Assembly: GCA_030141605.1 (NCBI GenBank)
Contig: JAQGDQ010000146.1
Location: 437,686 to 501,685, forward strand
Length of the DNA: 64,000 bases
Direction: 5' to 3'
Source: Tubiluchus corallicola
Lineage: Eukaryota > Animalia > Priapulida
This document shows positions 26,274 through 39,735 of the stretch, piece after piece. The notes under the pieces were generated by a model, which ran no database searches, was not told the origin of the DNA, and saw only the letters and a list, made by a program, of their open reading frames with translations. Within the stretch, counting starts at the first letter, position 1. Every line of letters starts with the position of its first letter. Made by a program: the position numbers and the translations under genes.

Positions 26274-27296
26274 AAGTGAAGTACTTAACTGTCAAAAAGC
26301 TAAGTGAAGTACTTAACTGTCAAAAAGTAGTAAGTTGTTAGTGTCCACATACTGTTCAGTTGCAAAGCAGCAAGAGATTTACAAGTTTGACAACTAAGAT
26401 TCGGAAACTTGTATTTTCTTGCAAATTTAACGATTTCGTATAGTAACGCTTTAGAACTGCCCAAGTTTTTACACTCCCTAGTTCATTTTACAGTTCTGTA
26501 CTATGAGATTAGGATACACAATTGCAAAGCCTATATTTGATGTGGTTGATGTTACTGAGATTGAAGTGATGTTAGGCCTCTAAATCAAGAATAATTTTGT
26601 AATCTGTATCACGGCATCGATAAATTTGTTCCTGGCACAATCTGATGTAGATGAGGCCACGTATAGAAACAATTTTACGGCTGACATCTATCAGTTTCTG
26701 ACCAGAATCGGCGTTGTTTAACTTCGGGTGCTAAGCACTCACAGCGGCCATTTAACTAACTCAAGCTTTCGTATAACTTTGCAAGTAACACATCAGAATA
26801 AATATTCGTCACTACCACATTACCAACAGTTCGAGTATCACAACAATTCATTAATATGTGACGATGAAAATATTTCAGAACAAAGAATTTCATTTTGCTG
26901 TATACGTTTACAATCCACGGTCATCCCCACTGAGCAATAAACATAAAGTTTAGAGTTGTTAATCCAGACGTTGTTCTGAGCAATTTCACTGGCTGCTTTT
27001 GCTCGTACGAGAAATGCTCACGGGTAATATCCTCGTTGCAAGAGAGCAATGAAGGATCACGAAAACAGTCCTGACCACTTATCGCCAAGCTTTATGTGAC
27101 TTGCTCGTACAGTAAGAACATTTGAACTATAAGATTTTAGGACACATTTTAGATGTTGTTACAATTCACGTTTACAAAATGTCAAACTCAAGGTACTTAA
27201 TAGAAAAACACGTGCCTACATAAGCGTGCATAAAATGGGTTGTATATTCTTTCTTTTTCCTCTTCAGAGTTATTATTATCGCATCATCTTGATAGC

Positions 27297-27320
27297 GGTC
27301 ATCACTACCATCGTCACCGT

Positions 27321-27361
<41 letters not shown>

Positions 27362-27532
27362 CCATCATCATCATCGTCATGATCATCATCACCACCACCA
27401 GCACCACTACCACCATCATCATCATCATCGTCGTCATCATCATCAGCATCATCATCATCATTACCACCACCACTATCACCACCACCACCACCACTATCAT
27501 CACCATCACTGTCATCATCATCATCATTACCG

Positions 27533-27565
<33 letters not shown>

Positions 27566-27608
27566 TCATCACCGCTACCACCACCACCATTATCATCACC
27601 ACCACCAG

Positions 27609-27640
<32 letters not shown>

Positions 27641-27885
27641 CCGCCACCACCACCACCATTATCATCACCACCGCCATTATCATCACCACCATCATCATCA
27701 TCTTCATCATCATCATCATCACCACCACCACCACCATCATCATCATCGTCATCATCACCACCACCACCACCACCATCATCATAATCATCATCATCATTAT
27801 CACCATCATCATCATTATAATCAGCATCAGCATCATCATCATCATCATCGTCGTCGTCGTCGTCGTCATCGTAATCGTCATCAAT
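27297..27885. repeat. (CAT/CAC)n compound trinucleotide repeat
   Basis: Visible directly; source of the spurious poly-H/I/T ORFs. Confidence 0.97.
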
Positions 27886-27938
27886 GTTTTATCTTGTTTA
27901 TGTGCATTGTATGGTAATGCAAAAAATTACGCCATTAC

Positions 27939-28452
27939 GATCTTAAAACTTGCCTAGTTTTAGTACAACACACTGAATTTCTTACAGTAGCACTGTATTT
28001 CAAATTTGCTTTCACAAACACGTGCAGCACGCCCGTGGAATATTTTTGCTGTTGAAAATTCTGTTAGTTTGTGATGTCATGAATAGTTGGGCTTGCTTGC
28101 TGTTAATTAAGATTTTAATCTATTATTAAATTATCAGAAACGCTTTTTCAGTATTATTGGTGCTAAAATGTATACTTTTTTATCCAACTTGAAAATGGCG
28201 TAGGATATTAAAAAATCATCCTGTTTTCCTTTAAGCCCACACGATAGTGTTTTTTAAATTACTCATGTCTCATCAATGTTAGTCATTAGTGTAAAATTAA
28301 TCAAACGAATTTTAAATGAAATAATCTTTGTGCATCCTTCGTTCCCGATCCCTGGGCGACGTTTGGAGACGTAAGTATAATCGTAAAAGACTATTAGAAA
28401 AAATAACGCATGATTTTCATCCAGTGACATCTAAACTGGCGTTGATCAGATA
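27939..28452 (+). repeat. ~514-bp near-identical copy of 32480-32993 (3' half of a family B MITE plus its unique flank)
   Basis: Direct comparison; flanked by the 17-bp direct repeat GGTAATGCAAAAAATTA. Confidence 0.9.
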
Positions 28453-29044
28453 TCAGGTAATGCAAAAAATTAATGATCATTTTCGTTCTTTTCCGAATTC
28501 CATTAGCAAAATGAAAATTGAATCTAGCAGTAAAATTATATGACAAATGTATTCAGAAAGTTATGGTAAAATTTAGCCAATCATATTATAACTACTAAAA
28601 AAATGTTACGTCAGGGCGAAAATATTGCGACTCATTCATCGTACAAATACGTAGCAGTTGCGTTGGTTAAAACGTTGTTAGTTTTAGAGAAATTTGTTCT
28701 TTAAATATTGCAAGATGACAGTGCATTTATAATCAAAGTACACAGGTTCAGTCATATTCTTGTTTTTATTTTGCTGTGTTATTTACCGGGGAATAATACC
28801 TGAATCACCGAATTTCTGAGTAAACCCCTCCTAAGATTATGAAACGGTAATTTCTTATTCAGTGTAACTCAGGGTCGAATGTACGAAAAGGCGAAGCAGT
28901 TTGCTTATAGCTTCCGTTAAATTTTTTGCATTACTGGTGATTTTGTTATATATTTGTTGTTATCTTGTTATTGAACTCGCTTTTAAACGGCTCCACACGT
29001 ATTTTTGATACATATTCATGTCTTTACAAGACATTTTGAAAATT

Positions 29045-29420
29045 TATAGTTAAACAAGACCACAACTTTATTAAAATTTTTAATTTACTTAGTTAAAAAA
29101 TAATGCCGAACGTTTCGACAGACTACTGCTGTCATCATCAGAGGAAAATTTACCAACATACAATCAGTTTATATAGGCACACGTATTATGCACTAATTAA
29201 GTAGTTAACAGAAGCCAAATAGGTATTGAATAAGCAGACCAGTGAAGAAATTGATACGGTAACTTATGCACTAATTATGCATTTACAAACAGCCAAATAG
29301 ATAATGATTAAGCAGATCAGTAGAAAAGAAATTGATACAGTAAATTAAGCACTAATTATGTATTTACAACAGCTAAATAGGTAATGATTAAGTAGACCTG
29401 TAAAGAAAGTAACTAATTTT
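29045..29420 (-). mobile_element. Penelope-like pseudo-LTR / 3' end
   Basis: Inverted homology to 31400-31580 and 8960-9120; contains the hammerhead core and AATAAAGTTGTG. Confidence 0.7.
29105..29146 (-). ncRNA. Minimal hammerhead ribozyme-like motif (Penelope type)
   Basis: Minus strand: cctCTGATGAt-GACAG-cagtagt-CTGTC-GAAACGTTcgg. Catalytic boxes and a 5-bp stem II are intact, stem III is palindromic, stem I is weak. Confidence 0.7.
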
Positions 29421-29820
29421 AGCTATTAATGTTTTTAAGTGCCTGTTTAAACAAATTGATTTTAAAATTTTTAAATGTTTAGTATGTTCGAAACTTCATC
29501 TGCACTTTTCACATTGAATCACGTCCTGTACGTGTCAGCGTTGTACCATAGTCAGTTTAGATATATTTCTATTGATCTGTTTAATAATCGCCTCAATTTT
29601 TCGAGCTGTTTTTCCAAGTGTACAGGATTCTTATAAAGTGATATGTTTTGAGCCGCGTTTGAGATGCTAAATGAAGACTCGTGACTGAATGTGAAACTTT
29701 TCATCAATAATAAACGAGCGCCATCAAAAGAGAGTCATTATCCTGTCTATACGTGGAAAGACGGTCAATTGCTGATACATGTTTGCATGCACGAATGTTT
29801 TTAATTTAAGCGTTGTAGAT

Positions 29821-30698
29821 GAGTCTTGGGTTGCGTGGTTGAGTCCTGGGTTGAGTGGCCGAGTCCTGGGTTGAGTGGCTGAGTCCTGGGTTGAGTGGTC
29901 GAGTCCTGGGTTGAGTGGCCGAGTCCGGGGTTGGGTGTCCGAGTCCTGGGTTGGGTGATCGAATCCTGGGTTGAGTGGCTGAGTTCTGGGTTGAGTGGTC
30001 GAATCCTGGGTTGAGTGGCTGAGTTCTGGGTTGAGTGGTCGAGTCCTGGGTTGAGTGATCGAATCCTGGGTTGATTGGCCGAGTCCTGGGTTGAGTGGTC
30101 GAGTCCTGGGTTGAGTGGTCGAGTCCTGGGTTGCGTGGTCGAGTCCTGGGTTGAGTGGCCGAGTCCTGGGTTGGGTGTCCGAGTCCTGGGTTGAGTGGTC
30201 GAGTCCTGGGTTTAGTGGCTGAGTTCTGGGTTGAGTGGCCGAGTCCTGGGTTGAGTGATCGAATCCTGGGTTGATTGGCCGAGTCCTGGGTTGAGTGGTC
30301 GAGTCCTGGGTTGAGTGGCCGAATCCTGGGTTGAGTGGCCGAGTCCTGGGTTGGGTGTCCGAGTCCTGGGTTGGGTGATCGAATCCTGGGTTGAGTGGCT
30401 GAGTTCTGGGTTGAGTGGTCGAATCCTGGGTTGAGTGGCTGAGTTCTGGGTTGAGTGGTCGAGTCCTGGGTTGAGTGATCGTATCCTGGGATGAGTGATC
30501 GAATCCTGGGTTGATTGGCCGAGTCCTGGGTTGAGTGGTCGAGTCCTGGGTTGAGTGGCCGAGTCCTGGGTTGAGTGGCCGAGTCCTGGGTTGGGTGTCC
30601 GAGTCCTGGGTTGAGTGATCGAATCCTGGGTTGAGTGGCTGAGTCATGGGTTGAGTGGCCGAGTCCTGGGTTGGGTGGCCGAGTCCTGGGTTGGGTGG
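29821..30698. repeat. 20-bp minisatellite GAGTCCTGGGTTGAGTGGCC, ~44 units
   Basis: Visible directly; source of the spurious TQPRTRPLNPG ORFs. Confidence 0.97.
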
Positions 30699-31189
30699 TA
30701 TAGATCACGGACTGCAACGTCTTGAGGTCGATACTAGCGGCTGTCAACGCCAGGGCATATACTCTACATGTCATTTGTGTGTTGCGTCCTTACCTGTATT
30801 ATTGTAAGTGCAAGTCGCTAAAGAGCTATTCATTTTTACTGCTAATGTTGTCTGTTAAATGAACAACGGTAAATGAATCTTGTCTCTGTCTTTATACACG
30901 TATTATTATGTGCGTTCAAACGATTAGGCGCATGATTGTCCATTTTATTTCTGGGTTCGAGTCCCAGTCATGTCGAGATTTATGAAGCCATTTACCACTT
31001 GAGTATATAACTTTCTGGCTGGCTTCTTGGTCTTAACATACTTACCTACTTAACATAAATCAGGTACCTTTGCTTGTGCTGAATTTTCGTACGTATCTCC
31101 TGTAAACCCTTTAGCCCTGCATATATGTAATAGGTCTAATATTTTATGTATTGTCTGGACATTAGTGCAAACTGGCAATTCCTTAATTG

Positions 31190-31580
31190 CTGAAATTATT
31201 AAAATCAACTAATTCTCAACGGTCCAGCATCAATGACCATATTTGTGCCTCTGACCACAAAGCTGATTTTAATAATTTCAGTATTGTGACCAGAGCTACA
31301 AATAACTGGAACTTATTAATAAAAGGAAGTTTATCTATGTACCCTAATAAGCCTTCTCTTTATTCTCAAACACTTAGCAACTTGTTATTGCATCAATTTC
31401 TTTTCTTCAGTTCTGCTTAATCATTACCTATTTGGTTTTTATAAATACATAATTAGTGCATAAGTTATTGTGTCAATTCCTCTTTTACTGGTCTGTTTAG
31501 TCATTACCTATTTGCAAATGGATTTTGACATTTTAATGTAAAAGTGTTAATAAAGTTGTGTTGTTTTAACTATAAACGTT
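31190..31580 (+). mobile_element. Penelope-like element: ORF (GIY-YIG region) tail and 3' end
   Basis: SSINDHICASDHKADFNNFSIVTRATNNWNLLIKGSLSMYPNKPSL matches the PLE endonuclease C-terminal pattern. Confidence 0.75.
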
Positions 31581-32163
31581 TTCAAGTGCTCGTATTAAAA
31601 AATCAATCCATATTTAGTACCACTTGAAGATCTAAGGTTTAACACTGGAGTTTGTCTAGAATAAGCTCTCTTTTTCTTACTCCTATAATTCTTGCAATTT
31701 TTAGGAATGTTACTATTGGGTGCATTTTCCAATCTTTGTCAAACTTTTGTCATCGTAAATTCGAGTGAATCAGATAGAAAAATCGAGTATTGGAACAGGT
31801 CTGTAGAGAAGAGAGGATTATACCGACTATAGAAATCTGCTATTGTTGGTCAGATTAAAGCTTTAGATGAGGAAATTAAATGTGCATAACTGCGTCGAGT
31901 GGTCGGTGAGAGTTACCAGACGCGCGGATTAATTTTTACAACGGTAGGAAAGGCGGTTAAATAAATCAATAGAATGTTCACAGTATGCTTATAAATTTTT
32001 CGGTGCTTCAAGTAAAATAGTCATTGATTCGTCAAATTAATTTGTTTATTCTGTTGTTCCAATTAAGCGTACGTTGTATACTGGATTTTTGTATATCGAC
32101 ACCTGGGGCAGTAGATCATGACGAAAGAACGATCAGAACGAAAAGTTCATAATTTAGACTTAA

Positions 32164-32771
32164 AGCAAAACTGAATCCAATCTTAAACTGTAGGTCAAAA
32201 TAATCTACTCTTTAAAATATTGAAATGATAATGCTATCTTTTCAAAAATGACTTACGTGAAAGAGTTATTACCGTACAAACACAATTTCACGTTCGCGCC
32301 ACTAGTTCTTCGCTGTTACGTGCATTTCGCCATTCGCTAGTTAGACGGGTACCAGCACCTGCATTTCGGAAACGCATTGCACAAAAACAGGTGCAGTACC
32401 TCTCCGTTTAGTTTGTGTTGAACTACACACGTTCGACAGCTCATGCGTGAGCACAGCGGTAGATTTGAAATTTGAATTTGATCTTAAAACTTGCCTAGTT
32501 TTAGTACAACACACTGAATTTCTTACAGTAGCACTGTATTTCAAATTTGCTTTCACAAACACGTGCAGCACGCCCGTGGAATATTTTTGCTGTTGAAAAT
32601 TCTGTTAGTTTGTGATGTCATGAATAGTTGGGCTTGCTTGCTGTTAATTAAGATTTTAATCTATTATTAAATTATCAGAAACGCTTTTCCAGTATTATTG
32701 GTGCTAAAATGTATACTTTTTTATCCAACTTGAAAATGGCGTAGGATATTAAAAAATCATCCTGTTTTCCT
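32164..32771 (+). mobile_element. Kolobok-like MITE family B, near full length
   Basis: TTAA|AGCAAAAC...GTTTTCCT|TTAA. Confidence 0.8.
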
Positions 32772-33004
32772 TTAAGCCAAAACGATAGTGTTTTTTAAAT
32801 TACTCATGTCTCATCAATGTTAGTCATTAGTGTAAAATTAATCAAACGAATTTTAAATGAAATAATCTTTGTGCATCCTTCGTTCCCGATCCCTGGGCGA
32901 CGTTTGGAGACGTAAGTATAATCGTAAAAGACTATTAGAAAAAATAACGCATGATTTTCATCCAGTGACATCTAAACTGGCGTTGATCAGATAGCCGAAA
33001 TGCG

Positions 33005-33422
33005 TAAAGTGGTATATGCGTGGCATCCAGATGCGTATGCGGATGCGTTTTCCAACTGCGGAATAGCTTGCGGGAAAAATCAATAGAAAACGACTGCGGA
33101 AAAAGAACAACGCGTACGCAGGCTGCATAAACGGGCGCATTGAAAACATTATAAACCGATTTCATCTATTCCGCACCCCCAAAACGCATACGCATCCGAA
33201 TGGTACGTAAACGCCACTTTATGCGTTACCCACTTGCGGAATATCTGCGGAATAAAAAATCGGTAGGAAATAGATGCAGATAGAAATAGAGAACGACTGC
33301 GAAAAAGAACAACGCATACGCAGACTGCATAAACGGTTGCGTTGCAAACAATATAAACCGGTTTTATCTATTCCGCATCTGCATACCGCAAACGCATTCC
33401 GCATACTACATGAACGCCACTT
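33005..33422. mobile_element. Tandem pair of small palindromic Harbinger-like MITE units
   Basis: Two ~200-bp related units ending ...AACGCCACTT, with GCGGATGCG/CGCATCCG inverted motifs. Confidence 0.5.
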
Positions 33423-33724
33423 GCTACAGAGATTTGACCACTGGCTAGTGGCTACATTTGGCAGCAGTGGCTGTATATTCGTATTAATGTGCAGTCATCT
33501 GTACTGAATATTGTAGAATTATATTTTCTTGCAATTAAAACATACTATTATGGGACGATACCTTTAACTCACATTTTGTTTGCTACAGATAGACTGATAG
33601 TAGACGTAGCCGTATCGCCGTCTACTTATAACCTAACACCAATTAATTTTGAGCTTTGATAATCTGTCCAATAAATTCGTATTTCGCTGATTATATTAAT
33701 GGAATTTGTATCAAATTTTTTCAG

Positions 33725-33775
33725 GTAGCGATTCAATTTGGGATATTTGGTGGAATTATTACGATGGAATTAATG
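33725..33775 (+). CDS. Exon 2 of the putative alpha-CA / CA-related protein (CARP X/XI-like N-terminus)
   Basis: Strong acceptor ttttttcAG and donor atg|GTAAGT; 51 nt, phase 1-1. Encodes GSDSIWDIWWNYYDGING, resembling the invertebrate CARP start WEEWWTYDGISG(P). Downstream exons not found in the window. Confidence 0.7.
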
Positions 33776-33804
33776 GTAAGTTTTAGTTCATTTCAAAATT
33801 AAAG

Positions 33805-33885
<81 letters not shown>

Positions 33886-34090
33886 AATAATATTATCATC
33901 ATCAACATCATCATCGTCGTCGTCGTCATCAACATAAATATAAACATCAACATCAACATCAACATCAACATCAACATCAACATCAACATCAACATCAACA
34001 TCAACATCAACATCATCATCATCATCATCATCATCATCAACATCAACATCATTAACATCATAATCATCATCATCAATATCATTATCATTA
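33805..34090. repeat. (ATT)n/(CAT)n/(CATCAA)n compound microsatellite
   Basis: Visible directly. Confidence 0.95.
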
Positions 34091-35112
34091 CAAGTCTTTT
34101 ATTCAAAAATATATTGTACAATTTATACACTTACATAAACAAAGAGACATACATACAAAAGCTGAAAAATTGACCTAGCCCTCAGTTTACAGGGTAAAGT
34201 AGTGGTCATTTGAAATGAAGACCCGTTTCGTCTTTCATACATAGCAGATATAAATAAAGATACGTCATAAATAATTGACTGCTCGCACATGTACATTAAT
34301 TATACATTAATAAAGTATTACACAAATAATAATGTCTGACATATTAGGCTGGCAAGAGCAAATTTTTTTCTTGTCTTTGAAACAACAAGTAACAACGATG
34401 AATCGTTACATTACATCTATACAAAATATGATGACGTGAACACAATATGCATTTTTACATATTTACACATTAACACAGCATGTTATTAGATTTTTGTTTT
34501 TTTACAAGATATTTGATTGGATCAAATCATTTCTTATTTTCTTTAATAGCTGTTTGATTCTGTCATTGCGACAGTCGTATATGTTTCTTACTTGTCGAGG
34601 CCGAATTATATTTGTCAACTCATTTCTTGTATTAAAATCCACCAAATCACAGTCAAAAATTAAACCGTGAAGCTATCAAAATTTAAGGAGTATATCCACT
34701 GCACTGCAAAGTAGAATGATTACAGGATGTAACGTGTTCGTATTTGTGTCAAAAAACCAATCTCTGTTTGCACTTTTCAAGATTTTTATGAGTTTTCAGT
34801 GTATGACTGCACAGACCTGATGCTCGACACGAACTCATAACTTTCACAATTCTCTCACGCTTGACCAAACACTTCCTTGAATGACACATTTGAAAAAGTC
34901 TGTAAGGTTTAAGAGCGGCTAGCTTGCATGAATGGAATACAAAAGATGCGTTTTCACATAAAACAAGGTTATAACGTGGAAGCCAGTGGTGTGATGTGAC
35001 AGGAGGAGTGAATGAAGTGTAATTTGTAGCGATGCACGAATCATAAAAAAACTCGCTCGGTAGACGGGTGAAGATTCAATTTGCACAGTGTTTCATTTCA
35101 ACAAAGCTTTGT

Positions 35113-35595
35113 AATTGTTGTTATTGTTGTTGCTGTTGCTGTTGTTGTTGTTGCTGCTGCTGTTGTTGTTGTTGCTGCTGTTGCTACGGCTGCTGTTATT
35201 ATCGCAGTTGTTGTTGTTGTTGTTGCTGCTGCTGTTACTATGGCTGCTGTTATTATCGCAGTTGTCGTTGCTGTTGTTGTTGTTCTTGTTGCTGCTGCTG
35301 CTGTTATTGTCGCTCTTGTTGTTGTTGTCGTTGTTGTTGTTGTTGCTGTTGCTGCTGCTGCTGCATTTGTTGTTGCTGTTATTGTCGGTGTTGTTTTTGT
35401 TGTTGTTGTTGTTGTTTTTGTCGTTGTTGTTGTTACTGTTGCTGCTGCTGCTGCTGTTGTTGTTGTTGTTGTTGTTATTGTTGTTGCTGTTGCTACTGCT
35501 GCTGTTATTGTCGGTTCTCTTGTTGTTGTTGTTGTCGCTGTTGTCACTGTTGTTGTTATTGTTGTTGTTGTTGTCGTTGTTTGTTGCTGTTGTCA
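35113..35595. repeat. (GTT/GCT)n microsatellite
   Basis: Visible directly. Confidence 0.95.
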
Positions 35596-36504
35596 TCCTC
35601 GTTGTCATTCTCACACTCGTTCAGTTGAACGAGTTAAATAAGCCAAGACTTGTACCTGGTAAAGTGTAAAAGCTGGTGGATGAAAACTAGTTAATTCACT
35701 GATTAAAAAGCAATTACTATTTTTGAATTAACACCTAAATGACTAATTTTTGCATAAACACAGTTAAACACAACATTAGAATAACTGAACTTCTAAGCAA
35801 ACTTTAGAAATTTCTCAACACGTACCTTCACACAGCTTGACTTCACAGCATTCACGCTGCCCAGCATTCACCAGCTTACGTCATTTTTTCAAATATCCGG
35901 CATCAACGTTCGTTTCGCAGGAGATGAGAAATATTCAAATTTCTTTTACATTTTTAAGTAAAGCATTCTGTGCGCGTAACTTGTGTCGTGATTTCAATAT
36001 ATTTAAGGGACATTAAAATGCAATAAATGTTGTTCTAGGGTCGGTTCTTCCTTTAACGATGGAATTGCACTGCATCAGCATCCCCGCATACGAGCTGCAA
36101 TCAAATTTAAAGCGTTTAATCAGTACCGTAATGAAACCATTTCCAAGCCGCTTCACGTTAATTCAATAATGAAGAACACGTAGCAGCTCATTGATTGTCT
36201 CGTCGGCTAGTATAATGCGCTTATAATTAAATGCATTAGCAGAAAATACGCCACATGCGACGCGAACAATAATATGCAAATAAATGCGATTAACCGAAAG
36301 CCTGAAGGATCAAAATTCACATGAAATTATTGCAAAAAGTGCAAATGGAAAGATAGATTCACTCAAGCTTGGTTAAATATCAAATGGAAAAGGACAGTCT
36401 TCATAGTTGAAGTTATTGTGCAAAGAAATTAAAAATTTGATGATTCACAGTTTGAAAATAAGTAAAAGAGAAACGACTATTAAAAGAGAAATTGTTATTT
36501 CATC

Positions 36505-36822
<318 letters not shown>

Positions 36823-37983
36823 ACAGCAATACATTATGTTATTTACAATTATTGAAGTGGAACCTATATTTTTATTTGCTAGTGTTGGTACTGTGTAGGA
36901 TATTAAAATTATTTGATATGAACCAATGAGCGTTTTCACAGTTCCAACGATTGATGACGATCGTTATTTTCTTCTTCCAATGACGTCATTCGTCTTGAAG
37001 AAACGTAGCGCATTGTCAAGCCCAGTCAAAAGTATAATAGGTTTTTACAAGAAGAGTAGAAAGCTAATTTTGTAATATTTTTGCATGAACATTAAGTAAA
37101 CTGTAGAAGTTTGAATTAGTTTAATTAGCGTGTACTTACGGAAAGCCACGACACAGTTACGAAAACTCACGAAGTCTCCCAGTTATCTCCTGATTTTCAA
37201 GTGAATTGCTGCAACCACCACACCTGAAAAATTTCTGTTCAGAAGTAGTGAATCTTATATTTATGCTTTATAGGCAGTTCTTTGCAAATTTCTTTGTTAT
37301 ATTTTTCTAAGTTTGAGTGATGACAGTAAAATAAACCCAACATGCCGAGAGAGTTGTTCTTTCCTTTAAATTCAAGGTGTAAAGAAGCTGCAGCAGGATA
37401 ACTGATGATTTATGTGGCTTCTCGTTTGTCCCAGCGTCGATCTTCAATGAAGCCATTTGTATTTAGATGCATCATCAGGCATTCTGTTTGGTTTTTAAAC
37501 TCGCTACTAAGCTGCTAATAAAGCTTTAATCCAGGCTCGTAGGAAACTGTTTGCCAAGAAGCTTAGAAACATTTTCCTTACCGAATGTAACGTTAAGCTG
37601 CGAAAATGCAGGGCAGAAAAATGTAATTAAATTTTATTTTGCCGTCCTTGTTCAAAGTAAGCCAGATTTATTGCGCTTGAAAGATTTCCGGTCTTGCAGT
37701 CTCATACAGTGGTTGCCAGTTTAGTGATTGTTTGTTGATTATGTGTTTGTTTGTTTGTTTGTTCGTTCGCACGTTGTTTTCTGGTTTGACTAGTTCGTTG
37801 CGAGGTTGACTGATTTTGACGTGTTTGACTAACGCAGTTGATTGACTGGACACTAGGTGCGGTCGAAGAAATATTAATTGTTTCTGATCTAATATGTAAG
37901 TGTTTTCTAAATGGGAAGAAAAATCTAAAAATTATCGTTGAGTACAAAACAAAATTACCAAGGTCAAATAAAAAGTCTGTTGA

Positions 37984-38575
37984 AGGAAGACAGGATGATT
38001 TTTCACACTAGCTCATTTTCAAGTCTGATAGAAAGCATACATTTTAACACCAACAATGCTGCAAAATCGTTTCTGATACTTAAATAATATATTAAAAACT
38101 TAATTAACGGCGGGCGAGCCCAACTATTGATAACATCACAAACTAACATAATTTTCAACAGCAAAAATATTCCACGAGCGTGTTGCACGTGTTTGTGAAA
38201 GAGAAAATTGAAGTACAGTGCTACTGTAAGATATTCAGTGTGTTGTACTAAAACTAGGCAAGTTTTAAGATAAAAATTCAAATTTCAAATTTACCACTGT
38301 GCTCACGCATGAGCTGTCGAACGTGTGTAGTTCGTCACAAACTAACACATCTGAACTGAGAGGTACAGCACCTGATTTTTGCGAAATGCACTTTTCCGAA
38401 ATGCAGGCGCTAGTGCCCGTCTAACTAGTGAATGGCGAAAAGCATGTAACAGCGAAGAACTAGTGGCGCGAACGTGAAATTGTGTTTGTGTGGTAATAAT
38501 TCTTTCACGTAAGTGATTTTTTAAAAAAATAGTATGTTTTATTTCAATATTTTGAAGAACTGTTTTGACATCTGG
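37984..38575 (-). mobile_element. Kolobok-like MITE family B
   Basis: Reverse-complement homology to 48820-49437. Confidence 0.78.
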
Positions 38576-39130
38576 TTTGCTCTAACACGGTAAAGCGTTC
38601 CTGGGTAAATTCTGTCAGACAATGAATTTACCGACGGCATAATGTCAGGCATGTGTTATCATACCTTCCAGTCAAATTTTGCATAGTTTCAGCATTTGAA
38701 TAAATCCTTGTAAGTGTCAAATCGAGTACGAAGCTACGATATCTGGCAATATAAGTCAGTTTTTCAAACACGGTACGAATTTCAATATTTATTCGCATCG
38801 TCAGCCTTGTTAGCCGATTTTCAGAAACGAATACAAGTTCTTTAAAAACAGCGTTTTGGCATTAGTAGTCTCAGCGCGTCTCTCCAAAGCTTCGTTACCC
38901 AGCTATTTGTGAAGCCACTGTAAGGATTTTCAGGGCATCCTATTCGGTGCTCTTTTTGTTATACAGTAAGTTATGGTTGTTACTCAAAAAGCACGAGTTG
39001 TCGTTCACGTATTTGCTGAATTTTGTGCAAAAAACGTCTGAGAGCTTCTCCTTACAGTAGATGTCTTCATTTTATAAAAACTGTTTAGGTGTTTATTGTG
39101 ACATAGGATAATCTAACGTTTCACAGTTTT

Positions 39131-39735
39131 CACAAGAAAAGGGGTACCTGAAGTAGGTTTCAGAAAAATCGCATTAAAAATTATATCACTTTGTAGCAAT
39201 TTTATGCGTATATCGTGCTCGCGTTGAGAGGAATTTTTGTTTGTTTTCATTTTACATCTCCCGCAATACTGTTCCGAGGGCGCCATTACATGACGTCACT
39301 ACGCCACGTAAATCAGGGGAAGGAAAGGCAATGTTAAATTATGAGCTTAAAAACTTTCTGTGCAAATTTATGTTACTTACCTTATTGCTTTCTTGCTGGA
39401 AAGACTTATATAACTAAAAAGAAAATTATTAATTATTTAAAATGTTTTCAGCAAGTGGTAAAATGTCGCTGACTCACTCTCCAGGGTGCGCCACTCACTA
39501 ACCAAAAACGTATTTTTAATCTTATTGACAAGATACAGTAATTTAAAATTTTACTCATTTACTCATTAGTGACATGTGTGCTACAAATGCTCTGATTATC
39601 TTTTCAAAGTTTACACAATGTTATCTAAACTTGTTTCAAACGTCTTATCGTCAAAATGGCTGCATCTAACAGTCACCGCGGGAGTTTAAATTTACATGTT
39701 TTATACAGCGTTACTGCCAACGCAAGCCCTCTATG
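39131..39735 (+). mobile_element. Kolobok-like MITE family A, 3'-truncated
   Basis: Homology to 12229-12890. Confidence 0.78.

Noticed and set aside
27226-27957. Poly-His ORF (metal-binding protein?)
   Set aside because: Trinucleotide microsatellite open in several frames; no splice or start context.
29724-30774. 307- and 322-aa repetitive mucin-like ORFs
   Set aside because: The 20-bp unit is not a multiple of 3 and all frames give the same peptide; non-coding minisatellite.
30951-30967. tRNA T-arm/B-box hairpin CTGGGTTCGAGTCCCAG
   Set aside because: No cloverleaf; at most a SINE relic.
31705-31833. Possible phase-1 exon GMLLLGAF...KRGLYRL*
   Set aside because: No convincing phase-compatible donor; exon 1 joins more plausibly to 33725.
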